A stretch of DNA of 33,024 nt from Candidatus Parvarchaeota archaeon (GTDB lineage: Archaea > Nanobdellota > Nanobdellia > Parvarchaeales > Parvarchaeaceae): NCBI GenBank assembly GCA_025920305.1, contig JAPDMB010000002.1, positions 1 through 33,024 of the forward strand. The letters are read 5' to 3'. Numbering within the stretch: the stretch's first letter is position 1; each line of letters begins with the position of its first letter. A program made the position numbers and the translations under genes. The notes below the pieces were generated by a model that saw nothing but the letters and a program-made list of their open reading frames with translations, did no database searches and was not told the DNA's origin. Positions 15,450 to 26,687 of this stretch are shown here, piece after piece.

Positions 15450-16229
15450 ATGGGAACTAATTTTAAAGATGATTTAAAGAGATTCGGCAGAAGCGTAAGC
15501 AGAGGCGTATACTCTGGATTGAAATCGTCTGCTAATCTTGCGTATGATAAGCTGTATGATAAGCTTATAGAAGAACCTAAAAACACAGCTAGAGAGGCTG
15601 GTCGTTTAGAGGATATACTGGCGGAGGACGGGGCTTCGATAATTTTACCTTCTATGGTAAAGTATGATGATAAAGTCACACCGAATAGTATATGGGCCAA
15701 TCCAGATGTACTAGGCCGTATACATGTAGACGAGGGCGATGCTGTGTTGTTATTGGAAGAGATAACCTACGGAAATGAGAAATATTACCCATTGAGAGGA
15801 CCTTTCAAAGTAGAAACGCATGAGAGGATAGGCCCCTCATATATCTTTATGAATAGTTCGAATTCTCCTTATGGCGGTTCGTATGTGGAGATTATAAACC
15901 CTATGTACGCAGCTGGGGAATTCAGAGGGAAGATCGTGGGTTACTATCCGTTGGAGAAGATTTATAAGAGCCGTGGCCCAGGCATAGTTCCACTTAGCTA
16001 TGCGAAAAAGATAGCTGATTCACATAACTTTCTGCGTCCAAAAGAGGGTACCATAGTTCCCGTCATGACGTATGACGATAATGGAAATGTAAACGGTATT
16101 TATCAGGCTGAAGTTTCTTCACTTGGCAATAAATTCCAAATCCCAACTGATATAAATTTGAAGAATGTGAACTCAGTAGGCGTACATCTTGGTTTTTCTA
16201 GCATACTAGTCAGAAATAAACTGCTTTGA
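15450..16229 (+). CDS. Hypothetical protein, no recognisable domain
   Basis: ATG at 15450 (TTG at 15444 overlaps the upstream TGA). About 259 aa, with an amphipathic helical N-terminus followed by a beta-rich-looking C-terminal part. No TM segment. Confidence 0.55.
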   Translation: MGTNFKDDLKRFGRSVSRGVYSGLKSSANLAYDKLYDKLIEEPKNTAREAGRLEDILAEDGASIILPSMVKYDDKVTPNSIWANPDVLGRIHVDEGDAVLLLEEITYGNEKYYPLRGPFKVETHERIGPSYIFMNSSNSPYGGSYVEIINPMYAAGEFRGKIVGYYPLEKIYKSRGPGIVPLSYAKKIADSHNFLRPKEGTIVPVMTYDDNGNVNGIYQAEVSSLGNKFQIPTDINLKNVNSVGVHLGFSSILVRNKLL

Positions 16230-16258
16230 TTCCCTCCCCTAAGCCAGAAAAATAAGAG

Positions 16259-16267
16259 ATTAATATA
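16259..16267 (+). promoter_or_regulatory. TATA-like box (attaatata) for aIF-1A
   Basis: Centred about 26 nt upstream of the ATG at 16289. Confidence 0.35.
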
Positions 16268-16288
16268 CTGGTTTCTATTTAGAGTATC

Positions 16289-16582
16289 ATGGTAGAAGCA
16301 CCGCAGTTCAGGTTGCCGAAGAATGGAGAAGTGCTCGGATATGTAACACAGCTCCTGGGCTTTGGAAGGATGTACGTCAAATGCAGTGATGATAAAACGA
16401 GGCTTTGTGTGATAAAGGGAAGCATAAGCAGGTATCTATGGGTGAGAGAAGGAGATATTGTCATAGTCAAGCCATGGGAAATAGAGAAGGATAAGAAAGG
16501 GGATGTTATGTACAAATACGAGAAAAACACCTGGAATTTCCTAAGATCGAAGGGGATCGATATAAACAAATTGATAAGCTGA
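16289..16582 (+). CDS. eif1a: Translation initiation factor aIF-1A
   Basis: 97 aa S1-like OB protein. GEVLGYVTQLLGFGRMYVKCSDDKTRLCVIKGSI...VREGDIVIVKPWE matches the eIF1A/aIF1A pattern. Confidence 0.85.
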   Translation: MVEAPQFRLPKNGEVLGYVTQLLGFGRMYVKCSDDKTRLCVIKGSISRYLWVREGDIVIVKPWEIEKDKKGDVMYKYEKNTWNFLRSKGIDINKLIS

Positions 16583-16687
16583 ACCACCATCTCTAAATCC
16601 GAATCGCATTGAATTGCAATATCATATGTTCAAATATCAAAGTTTAGTGAATAATCGGCTGATTTGAGATGTAGCATTAATAATAGA

Positions 16688-16698
16688 TAAAATTTATA
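16688..16698 (+). promoter_or_regulatory. Candidate TATA box (aaatttatata) for 16S rRNA
   Basis: This is the strongest A/T box in the 300-nt spacer. It would give a leader of about 160 nt that includes the 5' strand of the processing stem. Confidence 0.3.
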
Positions 16699-16859
16699 TA
16701 CGGGTGACTGATGTTAATAAGGTATCTACAAACTCGGTGTGTGCGGAGTGCTCTTTAGAGTACAATGAAAACACCTTTCCATTTGTAGAACACAGATAGT
16801 TCGATGCTTTTCGTAAGAAAAGCAGATGAGAAATATGAGTGCATATAAGAGATGTTAAT

Positions 16860-16880
16860 GCATGATGGACTCCAAATCCA
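16860..16880 (+). other. 5' strand of the 16S rRNA processing stem
   Basis: GCATGATGGACTCCAAATCCA pairs with 18417-18436 (20 bp, one G-U, one bulged T), bracketing the mature 16S. Confidence 0.7.
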
Positions 16881-16882
16881 CA

Positions 16883-18386
<1,504 letters not shown>

Positions 18387-18416
18387 TAAAGATATCAAAG
18401 TGGAGGTTTAGTTCAC

Positions 18417-18436
18417 TGGATTTGGGGTCCTCATGC
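18417..18436 (+). other. 3' strand of the 16S rRNA processing stem
   Basis: TGGATTTGGGGTCCTCATGC is complementary to 16860-16880. It ends 35 nt before the nrdJ start codon. Confidence 0.7.
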
Positions 18437-18471
18437 ATTTTAGGTTTGTTAGGGGATGATTTTCATTCATT

Positions 18472-20754
18472 ATGATAGAATTACCAAAGGAAACAATTGA
18501 CTTCTTCGGCGGGGATGAATTAAGGGCTAGAATATTCTATGAGAAGTATACTCTTTCGGACGAAGAGGGGAACAGATTAGAAAAAACACCGAAGGAGATG
18601 TGGAGAAGGATAGCCAAAGCTTTGGCGAGCGTAGAAAAGACCGAGGAGAATAGGAAGAAGTTCGAAAAAGAGTTCTACTGGCTCCTTGAAGACTTTAAGT
18701 TTGTTCCAGGCGGGCGGATACTCTTTGCCGCAGGTTCGTCGCATAAGGCGACCCTTCTTAACTGCTATTATCTACCGATAAAAGACGATTCTTTGGAGGC
18801 CATATTCACCACAGCAAGGGAGATGGCAAGGACATATTCATACGGAGGAGGGGTTGGGATAGATATCTCGATATTAAGGCCGAAAGGCACGCCAGTCCAC
18901 AATGCAGCGAGGTTCTCCACCGGCTCAGTCTCTTTTATGGAGCTTTTCTCAGTCACCACCGGGACGATTGGGCAGACCGGCAGGCGCGGTGCATTGATGA
19001 TCACTATGGATGTTTCACATCCGGATATAGAAGATTTTATAGAGATAAAGAAAGATAAGAAGAGCGTTAGATACGCTAACATAAGCGTCAAGGTGACCGA
19101 TGACTTCATGGAGGCTGTAGCTGAAAATAAACCATTCGTTTTGCACTTCAAGAATGATAAAGTGGAAGTCAAGAGGGAGGTGAATGCGAGGGACCTTTGG
19201 AAGAGGATAATAGAGAATGCTCTGGCTACAGGCGATCCAGGCATAATGTTCTGGGATAAGATGAAGAGGGAGTCTCCAACTGAATATGATGAGAGGATGG
19301 CTATAAAGGGGACAAATCCCTGCTCAGAGCAGCCGCTGGAGGATTATGGCGCCTGTGATCTTGGGGCTCTGAATCTGTCATACTTTGTCAAAAACAAATT
19401 TGAGAAGGATGCGGAGGTTGACTGGGAGAACCTGGAGAAAGTTATAAGGCTGGGCGTAAGGTTCCTGGATAATGTCCTAGATTATAGCTACGATAGGCAC
19501 GCGCTTAAGGCGCAGGCTGAGGAGACTTTGTACGCCAGAAGGATAGGCCTTGGCTTTATGGGTTTGGCGGATATGCTCATAAGTCTGGGATTAAAGTACG
19601 ACTCGGATGAAGCGATTCAGTTCGTTGATTCTATCATGAAAAGAATAAAGGAGATAGCTTACGATGAAAGTTCAAACCTTTCAGCCGAAAAAGGCCATTT
19701 TCCTGCCTTCGTCGCAGAGAAGCATGTTTCAGGGGATTTCGTGAGCAGGCTGGACAAACAATTGATAGAGAAGATAAAAAAACAGGGCTTAAGAAATTCA
19801 TGCATATTGACGGTCGCGCCCACCGGCTCCATATCGACCATGGTCGGCGTGAGCGGCGGAATAGAACCCATATTCGCGCTCAGCTACATAAGGAGATCCG
19901 AATCCCTGTCTGAGGAGAGCTTTGACGTTTTGGACCCATTCGTAAAGGAGTATATGGATAAATTTGGGATAAAGAGCATCAAGGATCTACCGGATACTTT
20001 TGTCACAGCTCATAACATAGATCCGTTTTTCAGAGTGAAGATGCAGGCGACGATACAAAAGCACATAGATTCATCGATATCCTCGACGGTAAACCTGCCT
20101 TCCTCTGCTGGTTTTGAAGTCGTGGATAAGATATTCAATTATGCATGGAAGCTGGGCTGCAAGTCGGTAACTGTCTATAGAGAGGGGTCGAAGGAAGATA
20201 TATTGAAGTCCAAAGATGAGGGCGACGATAGCCTAAATAAGCCGCGTGAGAGGAGGCTAGGTGGATCAGGCAAGTTGTCAAGACCTTACCTTCTCCGAGG
20301 TACGACTATGAAGTTCCCAGTATCGGACGGAAGTTTGTATATAACCATCAATAAAGATGACGGCCATGTTGAGGAGGTCTTCATAAGTCTTGGGCGTTCT
20401 GGCGAGGCTGAGAAGGCTTACACTGAAGCGATTGGCAGGCTCATCAGCATATACCTGCAGGAAGGAGGAGATGTCGACAGGATAATAAAGACACTGAAAG
20501 GGATAAAGGGCGGGAGCAGCATATGGTTCAACGGCATGCAGATCTTCTCAGTCCCTGATGCCGTGTCAAAGGCTTTGGAGATGGAGGAGAAAGGTATAAA
20601 CATAGCTAGTATGAGGAGCCTCCACTCTGTTATCAGCTCCGAACCTGACAAAAACGAAGGGTTTTCCGTATGCCCGTCTTGCGGGCAGAATACTTTGGTA
20701 TTTGAGAATGGTTGCTATATCTGCAAGTCATGCGGGTACACTAAATGCGAGTAA
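18472..20754 (+). CDS. nrdJ: Class II (adenosylcobalamin-dependent) ribonucleotide reductase with C-terminal zinc ribbon
   Basis: 760 aa. Contains the N-terminal FYEKYTL...ETPKEMWRRIAKALA block, GTNPCSEQPLEDYGACDLG active-site Cys region, TVAPTGSIS and a C-terminal CPSCG...CKSCG. No intein-sized insertion. Confidence 0.9.
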   Translation: MIELPKETIDFFGGDELRARIFYEKYTLSDEEGNRLEKTPKEMWRRIAKALASVEKTEENRKKFEKEFYWLLEDFKFVPGGRILFAAGSSHKATLLNCYYLPIKDDSLEAIFTTAREMARTYSYGGGVGIDISILRPKGTPVHNAARFSTGSVSFMELFSVTTGTIGQTGRRGALMITMDVSHPDIEDFIEIKKDKKSVRYANISVKVTDDFMEAVAENKPFVLHFKNDKVEVKREVNARDLWKRIIENALATGDPGIMFWDKMKRESPTEYDERMAIKGTNPCSEQPLEDYGACDLGALNLSYFVKNKFEKDAEVDWENLEKVIRLGVRFLDNVLDYSYDRHALKAQAEETLYARRIGLGFMGLADMLISLGLKYDSDEAIQFVDSIMKRIKEIAYDESSNLSAEKGHFPAFVAEKHVSGDFVSRLDKQLIEKIKKQGLRNSCILTVAPTGSISTMVGVSGGIEPIFALSYIRRSESLSEESFDVLDPFVKEYMDKFGIKSIKDLPDTFVTAHNIDPFFRVKMQATIQKHIDSSISSTVNLPSSAGFEVVDKIFNYAWKLGCKSVTVYREGSKEDILKSKDEGDDSLNKPRERRLGGSGKLSRPYLLRGTTMKFPVSDGSLYITINKDDGHVEEVFISLGRSGEAEKAYTEAIGRLISIYLQEGGDVDRIIKTLKGIKGGSSIWFNGMQIFSVPDAVSKALEMEEKGINIASMRSLHSVISSEPDKNEGFSVCPSCGQNTLVFENGCYICKSCGYTKCE

Positions 20755-20809
20755 ACTACCATCCGCTAAAGCGTATGTGCTTCCTTCTCGAAAATAGGCG
20801 ATGACAAAG

Positions 20810-20818
20810 TTTTTAAAC
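20810..20818 (+). promoter_or_regulatory. TATA-like box (tttttaaac, preceded by aaag) for rpoL
   Basis: Centred about 27 nt upstream of the ATG at 20841. Confidence 0.35.
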
Positions 20819-20840
20819 GAGGGCAGTAGTTATTAGTGTA

Positions 20841-21116
20841 ATGGAAGTTGAAATCTTGGAGAGAACCGATGAAAGTATAAAATTCAGGGTGAAGGGTGGA
20901 TCACAATCCATATTGAACCTTATAAAAATGGAAGGCGAAGCCGTAGAAGGCGTCTCTTTCATAGGTTTTGCGATTGAGCATCCTCTTGAAAGATCATCTG
21001 TGCTTGTCATCAAATCGGATGGGAAGGACATAGACAAGGTGTTCAAGAAGGTGATAGATAATACCGTGTCTGATCTTGAGAAATTGAAAAAGGACTTTGA
21101 CAGCGTGCTCAAGTAA
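20841..21116 (+). CDS. rpoL: DNA-directed RNA polymerase subunit L (Rpo11)
   Basis: 91 aa. The pattern matches Rpb11/RpoL: ...IKFRVKGGSQSILNLIKMEGEAVEGVSFIGFAIEHPLERSSVLVIKSDG (x-HP-l ... l.i.t). Confidence 0.7.
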   Translation: MEVEILERTDESIKFRVKGGSQSILNLIKMEGEAVEGVSFIGFAIEHPLERSSVLVIKSDGKDIDKVFKKVIDNTVSDLEKLKKDFDSVLK

Positions 21117-21122
21117 TTCATT

Positions 21123-21716
21123 ATGAGCAGGCAAGAACAGACAGGGGGAGACAAGAATTATATCACATTTTTGAAGGAAACTCTTCTAGGGGAGAATTTA
21201 TACTCTTTGATATTTTACCTGGTTGTCTTCTATATCTTACTTACATACGCGGTCTTTCCTATGACATACAGTCTGACTTCGGTAAGTGACATAAGCGCCG
21301 TGATATCTCCCAGCATGGTGCATCAGGAACCGCAGATCAATGCGACCTTCTATGGTTGGCTTTATGACCATGGATTCAACATGTCCCAAGTCGCAAGATG
21401 GCCTTTCCAGGGCGGGCTCAGCGTCGGTTCGCTGGTCGTAGCGTTTAAGACCCCGGCAGATGACATAAAAGTCGGTGATATAATCATATACAGGGCCGAT
21501 GTAAACGGCGAAGAGTTGGACGTGATCCACAGGGTTATAAATGAGACGGTGATCGATGGCAGTTATTACTTCACTACAAAGGGCGATGCGAATCCTTATC
21601 CTCTGTCCTTTGAATATAATATACCATACAGCGCGGTCGTAGGGAAGGTGGATACTGTGATTCCCTATCTAGGCTACCCCAGATATATAGCATATCTGAT
21701 AGTACATGACTTGTAG
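21123..21716 (+). CDS. Signal peptidase I, archaeal/eukaryotic Sec11 type (S26B)
   Basis: N-terminal TM segment, catalytic Ser box ISPSMVH, GDIIIYRAD, His box VIHRV and TKGDANP. Confidence 0.8.
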   Translation: MSRQEQTGGDKNYITFLKETLLGENLYSLIFYLVVFYILLTYAVFPMTYSLTSVSDISAVISPSMVHQEPQINATFYGWLYDHGFNMSQVARWPFQGGLSVGSLVVAFKTPADDIKVGDIIIYRADVNGEELDVIHRVINETVIDGSYYFTTKGDANPYPLSFEYNIPYSAVVGKVDTVIPYLGYPRYIAYLIVHDL

Positions 21717-21723
21717 AGGCGGT

Positions 21724-23610
21724 TTATATATCGATTACAAGTTTCTCATTCTCTTTGACTAACGGCAGATCTGAGATCACCCTGCCGTTTTTAAATTCCA
21801 GCCTCACTTTCCTGCCCAGAGCTGTCAAGTTTCTTACAAAAGATAGGTCAGAGGGAGGCTGATCAATCGTAATTTTCCTTTCTACCTCATCTATCTTGAC
21901 TCCGATAAAGTATTCATCTATTATATGAGGTATTAGACCTATTGACCAAGCCTGCGAGGCGCATCCTTGCGGCTTTCCGCCTGGTTCAAATATCTCATTT
22001 ACTCTTGATGAGCATTGGACATCGAAGTTTTTGGTCTTTATTATCTCTATCAATTTCCTTCCGAAGGAATAATCCTTGAGCTTGAAAGCTACGCCTGCCG
22101 CTAAAGATGTGAGGAACGGCCATACAGCCCCATTGTGGTATCCCTTTGGGTCGAATGTTCTGTCGTCTTTGGCCACCGAGAGGATGCCATAATCCACGAG
22201 CAGCTTCTCCTTGATATTATTCATGACCATCCTATTCAAGCTGTCATCAAGATCCAGCAGCAGCGGCACGAACAGCTGATTTGCGGAGTTTATATCCTTC
22301 TTTAGCTGATCCGAGAGATAAGAGCCGCGTTTGAACTGTCCAAGCCCGTTCTCTAACTTATCTATCAGCTCCGGAAGCCTTGCATCCTCCTTTCCATATG
22401 ATCTCTCAGCCCTCATCAGATCCTTCAGCGCCCTAAGCCAAAGCGCATGTATCTCTATTGAGTACTCTCTATCAAGCGAATCCATCCAAGTTTCACGGCC
22501 TCTGTCATGTATGAAATTACCATCGAGTCTGCTTTTCATAGTATACACGAACCTGTTCAGCCATGGATCCAGTCTGCTCAGTGTTTCTGAGTCGCCGGTT
22601 TTAAGATAGTAATCAAACAGGGCGATAATAAGGAGAGGCGCAGTATCCATCGGGTAGAGGCTTGATCCGGCGAAGTTGGGGATCCCCTTGTCGCTGGATA
22701 GAGTCACTATATTCTTGATAGTGTCCCTGAAAAAATTATGCTGGTTTATGGATACAAATGAGGGCAATATGAACAGTGCATCCCGCAGCCAGAATTGGTT
22801 GAAATATGGGAAGCCTGCGTATATCCTCTTCTTTTGCAGGTTAGCGTATGAGAACAATGAGTCTATCACGTCCTTCATAAATCCCTTTTCAAACACATCT
22901 CCATAACCGTAGGAGCTACAGACTATATCTATTAGGTCATTGTAATCTTTGCTGGCTGCAAGCCGGTTCTTCACGGATCCGATGAGAGCGCTCTCCTCGA
23001 TGTTCTGCACGCTGAAGGTGATATTAAATTCTTCTCCAGCTTTCAATCTGGCTTTTATAATACCAGGCACAAATTTGTTCTGTTCCTCCGCGTCATCGAA
23101 GTATCTGCTAAAGCCCTTGCTTCTGGCATATTCGCCAGGGGTATGTCTGCCGTAGTAAGGGGCGTATAGGAATTCGCCTCTATCAAAATAAACGTAGAGT
23201 GTATTGCCCTTGTAACCCGCTTTAAATCCTCTTCTGGTCGTCTCAAAGTTATAGGTTTTGTTCGGTATGTAGTTCTCATCTCTTTTTCTTATGTTTATCC
23301 CAATCTCTGCTTCTATATCTGCATCGAGCTGCGGTCTAAGCGTGGCGATCACGTGGTTATCAGAGCAGAATATATCCTCTTCGACAGCCTTGCCACCTAT
23401 ATGGTAAGTGTATCTCCCGAACTGTGAGTTGTACATCTGAAAGCTTTTAACATTGTCCGCTGACAGGTAATCGCCGTTCAATTTGAAGGCGAAATAATCC
23501 ACGAATTTTATGTCTTCATTCCATATCCCGCACCACTTGGAGCCGAATTCTCCGTCATTGAACCTGAATATAAACAGCCCGTTCTTAGAAAGAACATTTA
23601 CTTTGTCCAT
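21724..23610 (-). CDS. Amylo-alpha-1,6-glucosidase / archaeal-type glycogen debranching enzyme family protein
   Basis: 628 aa. FNQFWLRDALF, HNGAVWPFL and CASQAWS are blocks typical of the GDE_C (alpha/alpha)6-barrel family (COG3408). Confidence 0.7.
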   Translation of the reverse strand: MDKVNVLSKNGLFIFRFNDGEFGSKWCGIWNEDIKFVDYFAFKLNGDYLSADNVKSFQMYNSQFGRYTYHIGGKAVEEDIFCSDNHVIATLRPQLDADIEAEIGINIRKRDENYIPNKTYNFETTRRGFKAGYKGNTLYVYFDRGEFLYAPYYGRHTPGEYARSKGFSRYFDDAEEQNKFVPGIIKARLKAGEEFNITFSVQNIEESALIGSVKNRLAASKDYNDLIDIVCSSYGYGDVFEKGFMKDVIDSLFSYANLQKKRIYAGFPYFNQFWLRDALFILPSFVSINQHNFFRDTIKNIVTLSSDKGIPNFAGSSLYPMDTAPLLIIALFDYYLKTGDSETLSRLDPWLNRFVYTMKSRLDGNFIHDRGRETWMDSLDREYSIEIHALWLRALKDLMRAERSYGKEDARLPELIDKLENGLGQFKRGSYLSDQLKKDINSANQLFVPLLLDLDDSLNRMVMNNIKEKLLVDYGILSVAKDDRTFDPKGYHNGAVWPFLTSLAAGVAFKLKDYSFGRKLIEIIKTKNFDVQCSSRVNEIFEPGGKPQGCASQAWSIGLIPHIIDEYFIGVKIDEVERKITIDQPPSDLSFVRNLTALGRKVRLEFKNGRVISDLPLVKENEKLVIDI

Positions 23611-23807
23611 ATGTGATTCAACGCATCGATCATTTGACTCTTCGAGCTGGAAGCCCCCCTTAACCTGGTAGGGGATAAAGGCGAATTACAAATTATAATA
23701 GTAACTGTGAAGTATATATAATAATAGGGAAAAACAATCAATATAGAGCATATATTATAATAGCAGTGCAGTTCGCTTGTTTCTCGCGTGGGGAATCTCG
23801 CAAAAAG

Positions 23808-23817
23808 CTTTAAATAT
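23808..23817 (+). promoter_or_regulatory. TATA box (ctttaaatat, preceded by aaag) for the 147-aa ORF
   Basis: Centred about 26 nt upstream of the ATG at 23838. Confidence 0.4.
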
Positions 23818-23837
23818 GTTAGCTTATAATAAGTGTA

Positions 23838-24281
23838 ATGATAATCGGATATCAGTTGACGAAGATAGACGCTGAAAGGAACGACAGCATAATACCGCAG
23901 GATCCAATAGAAATCTCATACAAGGCCACTACGAAGAGCGTTGGAAAGGATCAGAATTCTAAGACTTTAAGGTTTGTTTTTGATTATAAAGTAGATTTGA
24001 AGGACAGTAAAGATAACAACGTTGGGAAAATATATATGGAGGGGGCTGTCATCTATACAGGCCCAAGTGTAGAGGAAGCGTATAATAAACTTAATGAAAC
24101 GGGTGTGATGCAGCAGGATATACAGCAGGAGGTGATGCAGACCATAAGCAACATGACTATATTGGAAGCCATGCAGATAAGCAAGACGCTCAACCTGCCA
24201 CCTATAATAAAGCTGCCTGAGCTGACTCTAAGCAGCCAGGAACCCCAAAAAGAGGAGAAAAAGCCAACTAAAGGTAAGTGA
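23838..24281 (+). CDS. Small hypothetical protein, possible SecB-like chaperone fold
   Basis: 147 aa. Four predicted beta segments are followed by a long helix and an LNLPPIIKLPEL segment with a Lys/Glu-rich tail. Order and motif placement resemble SecB (FQIQRIYTKD...; ...FPQLNLAPVNF). This is a by-eye similarity only. Confidence 0.5.
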   Translation: MIIGYQLTKIDAERNDSIIPQDPIEISYKATTKSVGKDQNSKTLRFVFDYKVDLKDSKDNNVGKIYMEGAVIYTGPSVEEAYNKLNETGVMQQDIQQEVMQTISNMTILEAMQISKTLNLPPIIKLPELTLSSQEPQKEEKKPTKGK

Positions 24282-24300
24282 TTGGGCGTTTGAACGGTAA

Positions 24301-24310
24301 TTTATAAATA
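24301..24310 (+). promoter_or_regulatory. TATA box (tttataaata) for grpE-dnaK-dnaJ
   Basis: About 45 nt upstream of the ATG at 24354. A GGTGA SD-like element lies at 24345-24349, so this operon appears leadered. Confidence 0.4.
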
Positions 24311-24353
24311 TTCTTGGAGATATTGTTATTAGTCTTCAACCGCTGGTGATTTT

Positions 24354-24806
24354 ATGGTGGATGAGCCAAATGATACAAAGAAAGAGACGAATGCCGAAGC
24401 TGGCAGCGAACAGGAAGACTACAAGTCAAAATATTTATATTTGCTCGCTGAGATGGATAACTACAGGAAGTTGAGGGATAAGGAGAAGGAGCTTTACTTT
24501 AAGTTTTCGAATGAAGTTTTTATGGCAGCTTTACTAAAGACCTTGGATGACTTCGATAGCGTCCTAAAGGCAGGGAAAGACGAAAAGGTGACGCTGCTGT
24601 ATAATTCATTGATGGGGGTCTTATCCTCATTCGGGCTCAAGAAACTCAATGTAACTGGGAAAAGATTCTCGCATGATATAGCAGAGTCTGTTTCGGTCGA
24701 AGAGGTGGATGATGAAAAGAAGGGATTTATACTTGAGGAGATACAGCCTGGTTACGAATTGAATGGGAAGATAATAAGGTATCCGAAGGTGAAGGTTGGG
24801 ATATGA
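24354..24806 (+). CDS. grpE: Nucleotide exchange factor GrpE (short form)
   Basis: 150 aa. [20 protein letters not shown] is the GrpE long-helix signature and the C-terminal beta domain reads [15 protein letters not shown] overlap with dnaK. Confidence 0.85.
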   Translation: MVDEPNDTKKETNAEAGSEQEDYKSKYLYLLAEMDNYRKLRDKEKELYFKFSNEVFMAALLKTLDDFDSVLKAGKDEKVTLLYNSLMGVLSSFGLKKLNVTGKRFSHDIAESVSVEEVDDEKKGFILEEIQPGYELNGKIIRYPKVKVGI

Positions 24807-26632
24807 CAGCTAAGGAGAGGATAATAGGCATTGATTTAGGAACGTCGAATTCGCAGGCTGCAGTGGTAATAGCTGGCAGACCTACGATAATACCGAGCGC
24901 GGAGGGCGCCACAGTCGCAGGGAAGATGTTTCCTTCCGTGGTTTCTTTCATGAAAGACGGTACGATTCTGGTAGGTGAGCCAGCAAGAAGACAGGCTATC
25001 TCAAATCCAAACAACACAGTGTTCGCTGTAAAGCGTAAGATGGGCACTGATTTTAAATATAAAATATTTGATAAAGAATATACTCCACAGCAGATCTCAG
25101 CCTTTATCCTACAGAAGATAAAGAGAGACGCAGAGGCATTCTTAGGTTCAGAGGTTAAAAAAGCCGTCATAACCACACCCGCATACTTCAATGACAATCA
25201 GAGGCAGGCTACAAAAGACGCCGGTACGATAGCTGGCTTAGACGTGGTTAGAATAATAAATGAACCGACTGCCGCAGCCATGGCATACGGGTTAGATAAG
25301 TCAGCTGACATTAAGATCCTTGTATATGATCTTGGGGGAGGCACTCTAGATGTAACGGTGATGGATATATCGAATGGAACATTTGAAGTGCTCTCTACAT
25401 CGGGCGATACTCAGCTTGGCGGCGTCGATATGGACAACGCCCTTGTGGAGTACATAATAAATGATTTTGGAACAAGAGAAGGAATAGATCTAAGGGGAGA
25501 CAATGTAGCTTTGCAGAGGATAAAGGAAGCGGCGGAGAAGGCAAAGATAGAACTTTCAACCGTCTTGGAGACGGAGATCAATCTACCTTATATAACTATC
25601 ACTAAAGACGGGCCTAAAAATCTATCGATGAAGATCTCAAGGGCAAAATTGGAGAGCCTTGTGATGCCGATAATAGAGAGATCCAAGGGCGCTATAGACA
25701 CCGCGTTGTCTGACGCTAAGATTGATAAATCTGATATAGCGAAGATAATACTCGTTGGAGGACCGACTAGAATGCCGGCCGTGCAGAAATTCCTTATAGA
25801 CATATTCGGGGATAAGATAGAAAGGGGAGTCGACCCCATGGAAGCCGTTGCGGTCGGCGCCGCTATACAGGGAGCTGTCCTTGCCGGTGAGATAAAAGAT
25901 ATAGTTCTGCTAGACGTGACGCCTCTGACGTTGGGAGTGGAGACATTGGGCGGATTGGTCACACCTATAATAGATAGAAACACAACCATCCCATTCAAAG
26001 CCAGCAAGATCTTCTCGACGGCTGATGATTATCAGACTACGGTCACCATAAATGTGATTCAAGGAGAGAGGCCGACGGCGAAGGACAATATAAGTTTGGG
26101 CATGTTCAATCTTACCGGTATACCCCCTGCTCCGAGAGGCGTGCCCCAGATAGAGGTGGAATTTGACATCGACGCGAATGGGATACTGAATGTATCGGCT
26201 AAGGATCTTGCAACCGGAAAATCTCAAAAAATAACCATATCGGCGCCGAATAAGCTCTCAAAGGACCAGATAGAGAGGATGATAAAAGAAGCAAAGGAGA
26301 ATGAACAGGCAGATAAGGAAAGGAAAGCGAATATAGAGCTTAAGAATGAGGTTTCGACGCTGGCTTACTCGCTGGAGAAGACATTGTCTGAATTTAAAGA
26401 CAAGATAAATGAAGATGATAAGAAGGAGGCTGAGGAGATAATAAAGAAGACTAAGGATGATGTCAATAAGGAAGACTTCGCAAGCATCAAAGAGGACCGG
26501 GATAAGTTGACGGGCATAATAGACAAGATAGGCAAATCAGTTTATCAGTCTGCCAAGCCGAATTATGGCACCGGCGGAGCGCAAGGGCCGAGAGATGATG
26601 ACCATTCTGATGAGAGCAGTCCTAAAGAATAA
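24803..26632 (+). CDS. dnaK: Molecular chaperone DnaK (Hsp70)
   Basis: 609 aa with [27 protein letters not shown] and the [12 protein letters not shown] substrate-binding domain. Confidence 0.97.
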   Translation: MTAKERIIGIDLGTSNSQAAVVIAGRPTIIPSAEGATVAGKMFPSVVSFMKDGTILVGEPARRQAISNPNNTVFAVKRKMGTDFKYKIFDKEYTPQQISAFILQKIKRDAEAFLGSEVKKAVITTPAYFNDNQRQATKDAGTIAGLDVVRIINEPTAAAMAYGLDKSADIKILVYDLGGGTLDVTVMDISNGTFEVLSTSGDTQLGGVDMDNALVEYIINDFGTREGIDLRGDNVALQRIKEAAEKAKIELSTVLETEINLPYITITKDGPKNLSMKISRAKLESLVMPIIERSKGAIDTALSDAKIDKSDIAKIILVGGPTRMPAVQKFLIDIFGDKIERGVDPMEAVAVGAAIQGAVLAGEIKDIVLLDVTPLTLGVETLGGLVTPIIDRNTTIPFKASKIFSTADDYQTTVTINVIQGERPTAKDNISLGMFNLTGIPPAPRGVPQIEVEFDIDANGILNVSAKDLATGKSQKITISAPNKLSKDQIERMIKEAKENEQADKERKANIELKNEVSTLAYSLEKTLSEFKDKINEDDKKEAEEIIKKTKDDVNKEDFASIKEDRDKLTGIIDKIGKSVYQSAKPNYGTGGAQGPRDDDHSDESSPKE

Positions 26633-26687
26633 TGAATGACATACACTTAATAAGCAATCTTTTCTTATTATATTATTATTGAATATT

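Noticed and set aside
13530-16290. Possible integrated element using tRNA-Trp as an att site, given the orphan genes about 1 kb downstream.
   Set aside because: I found no integrase or recombinase and no repeat of the tRNA 3' end downstream. A housekeeping sod gene lies between the tRNA and the orphan genes.
18472-20754. Checked nrdJ for an intein or a programmed frameshift, both common in archaeal RNRs.
   Set aside because: It is a continuous 760-aa ORF of normal class II length. I saw no intein block motifs or HNH/LAGLIDADG-like insertions.
23640-23680. Hairpin CCCCT-N9-AGGGG (minus strand) in the probable 5' UTR of the debranching-enzyme gene.
   Set aside because: It is a single 5-bp G/C stem without conservation evidence, which is not enough to call a riboswitch or regulatory element.
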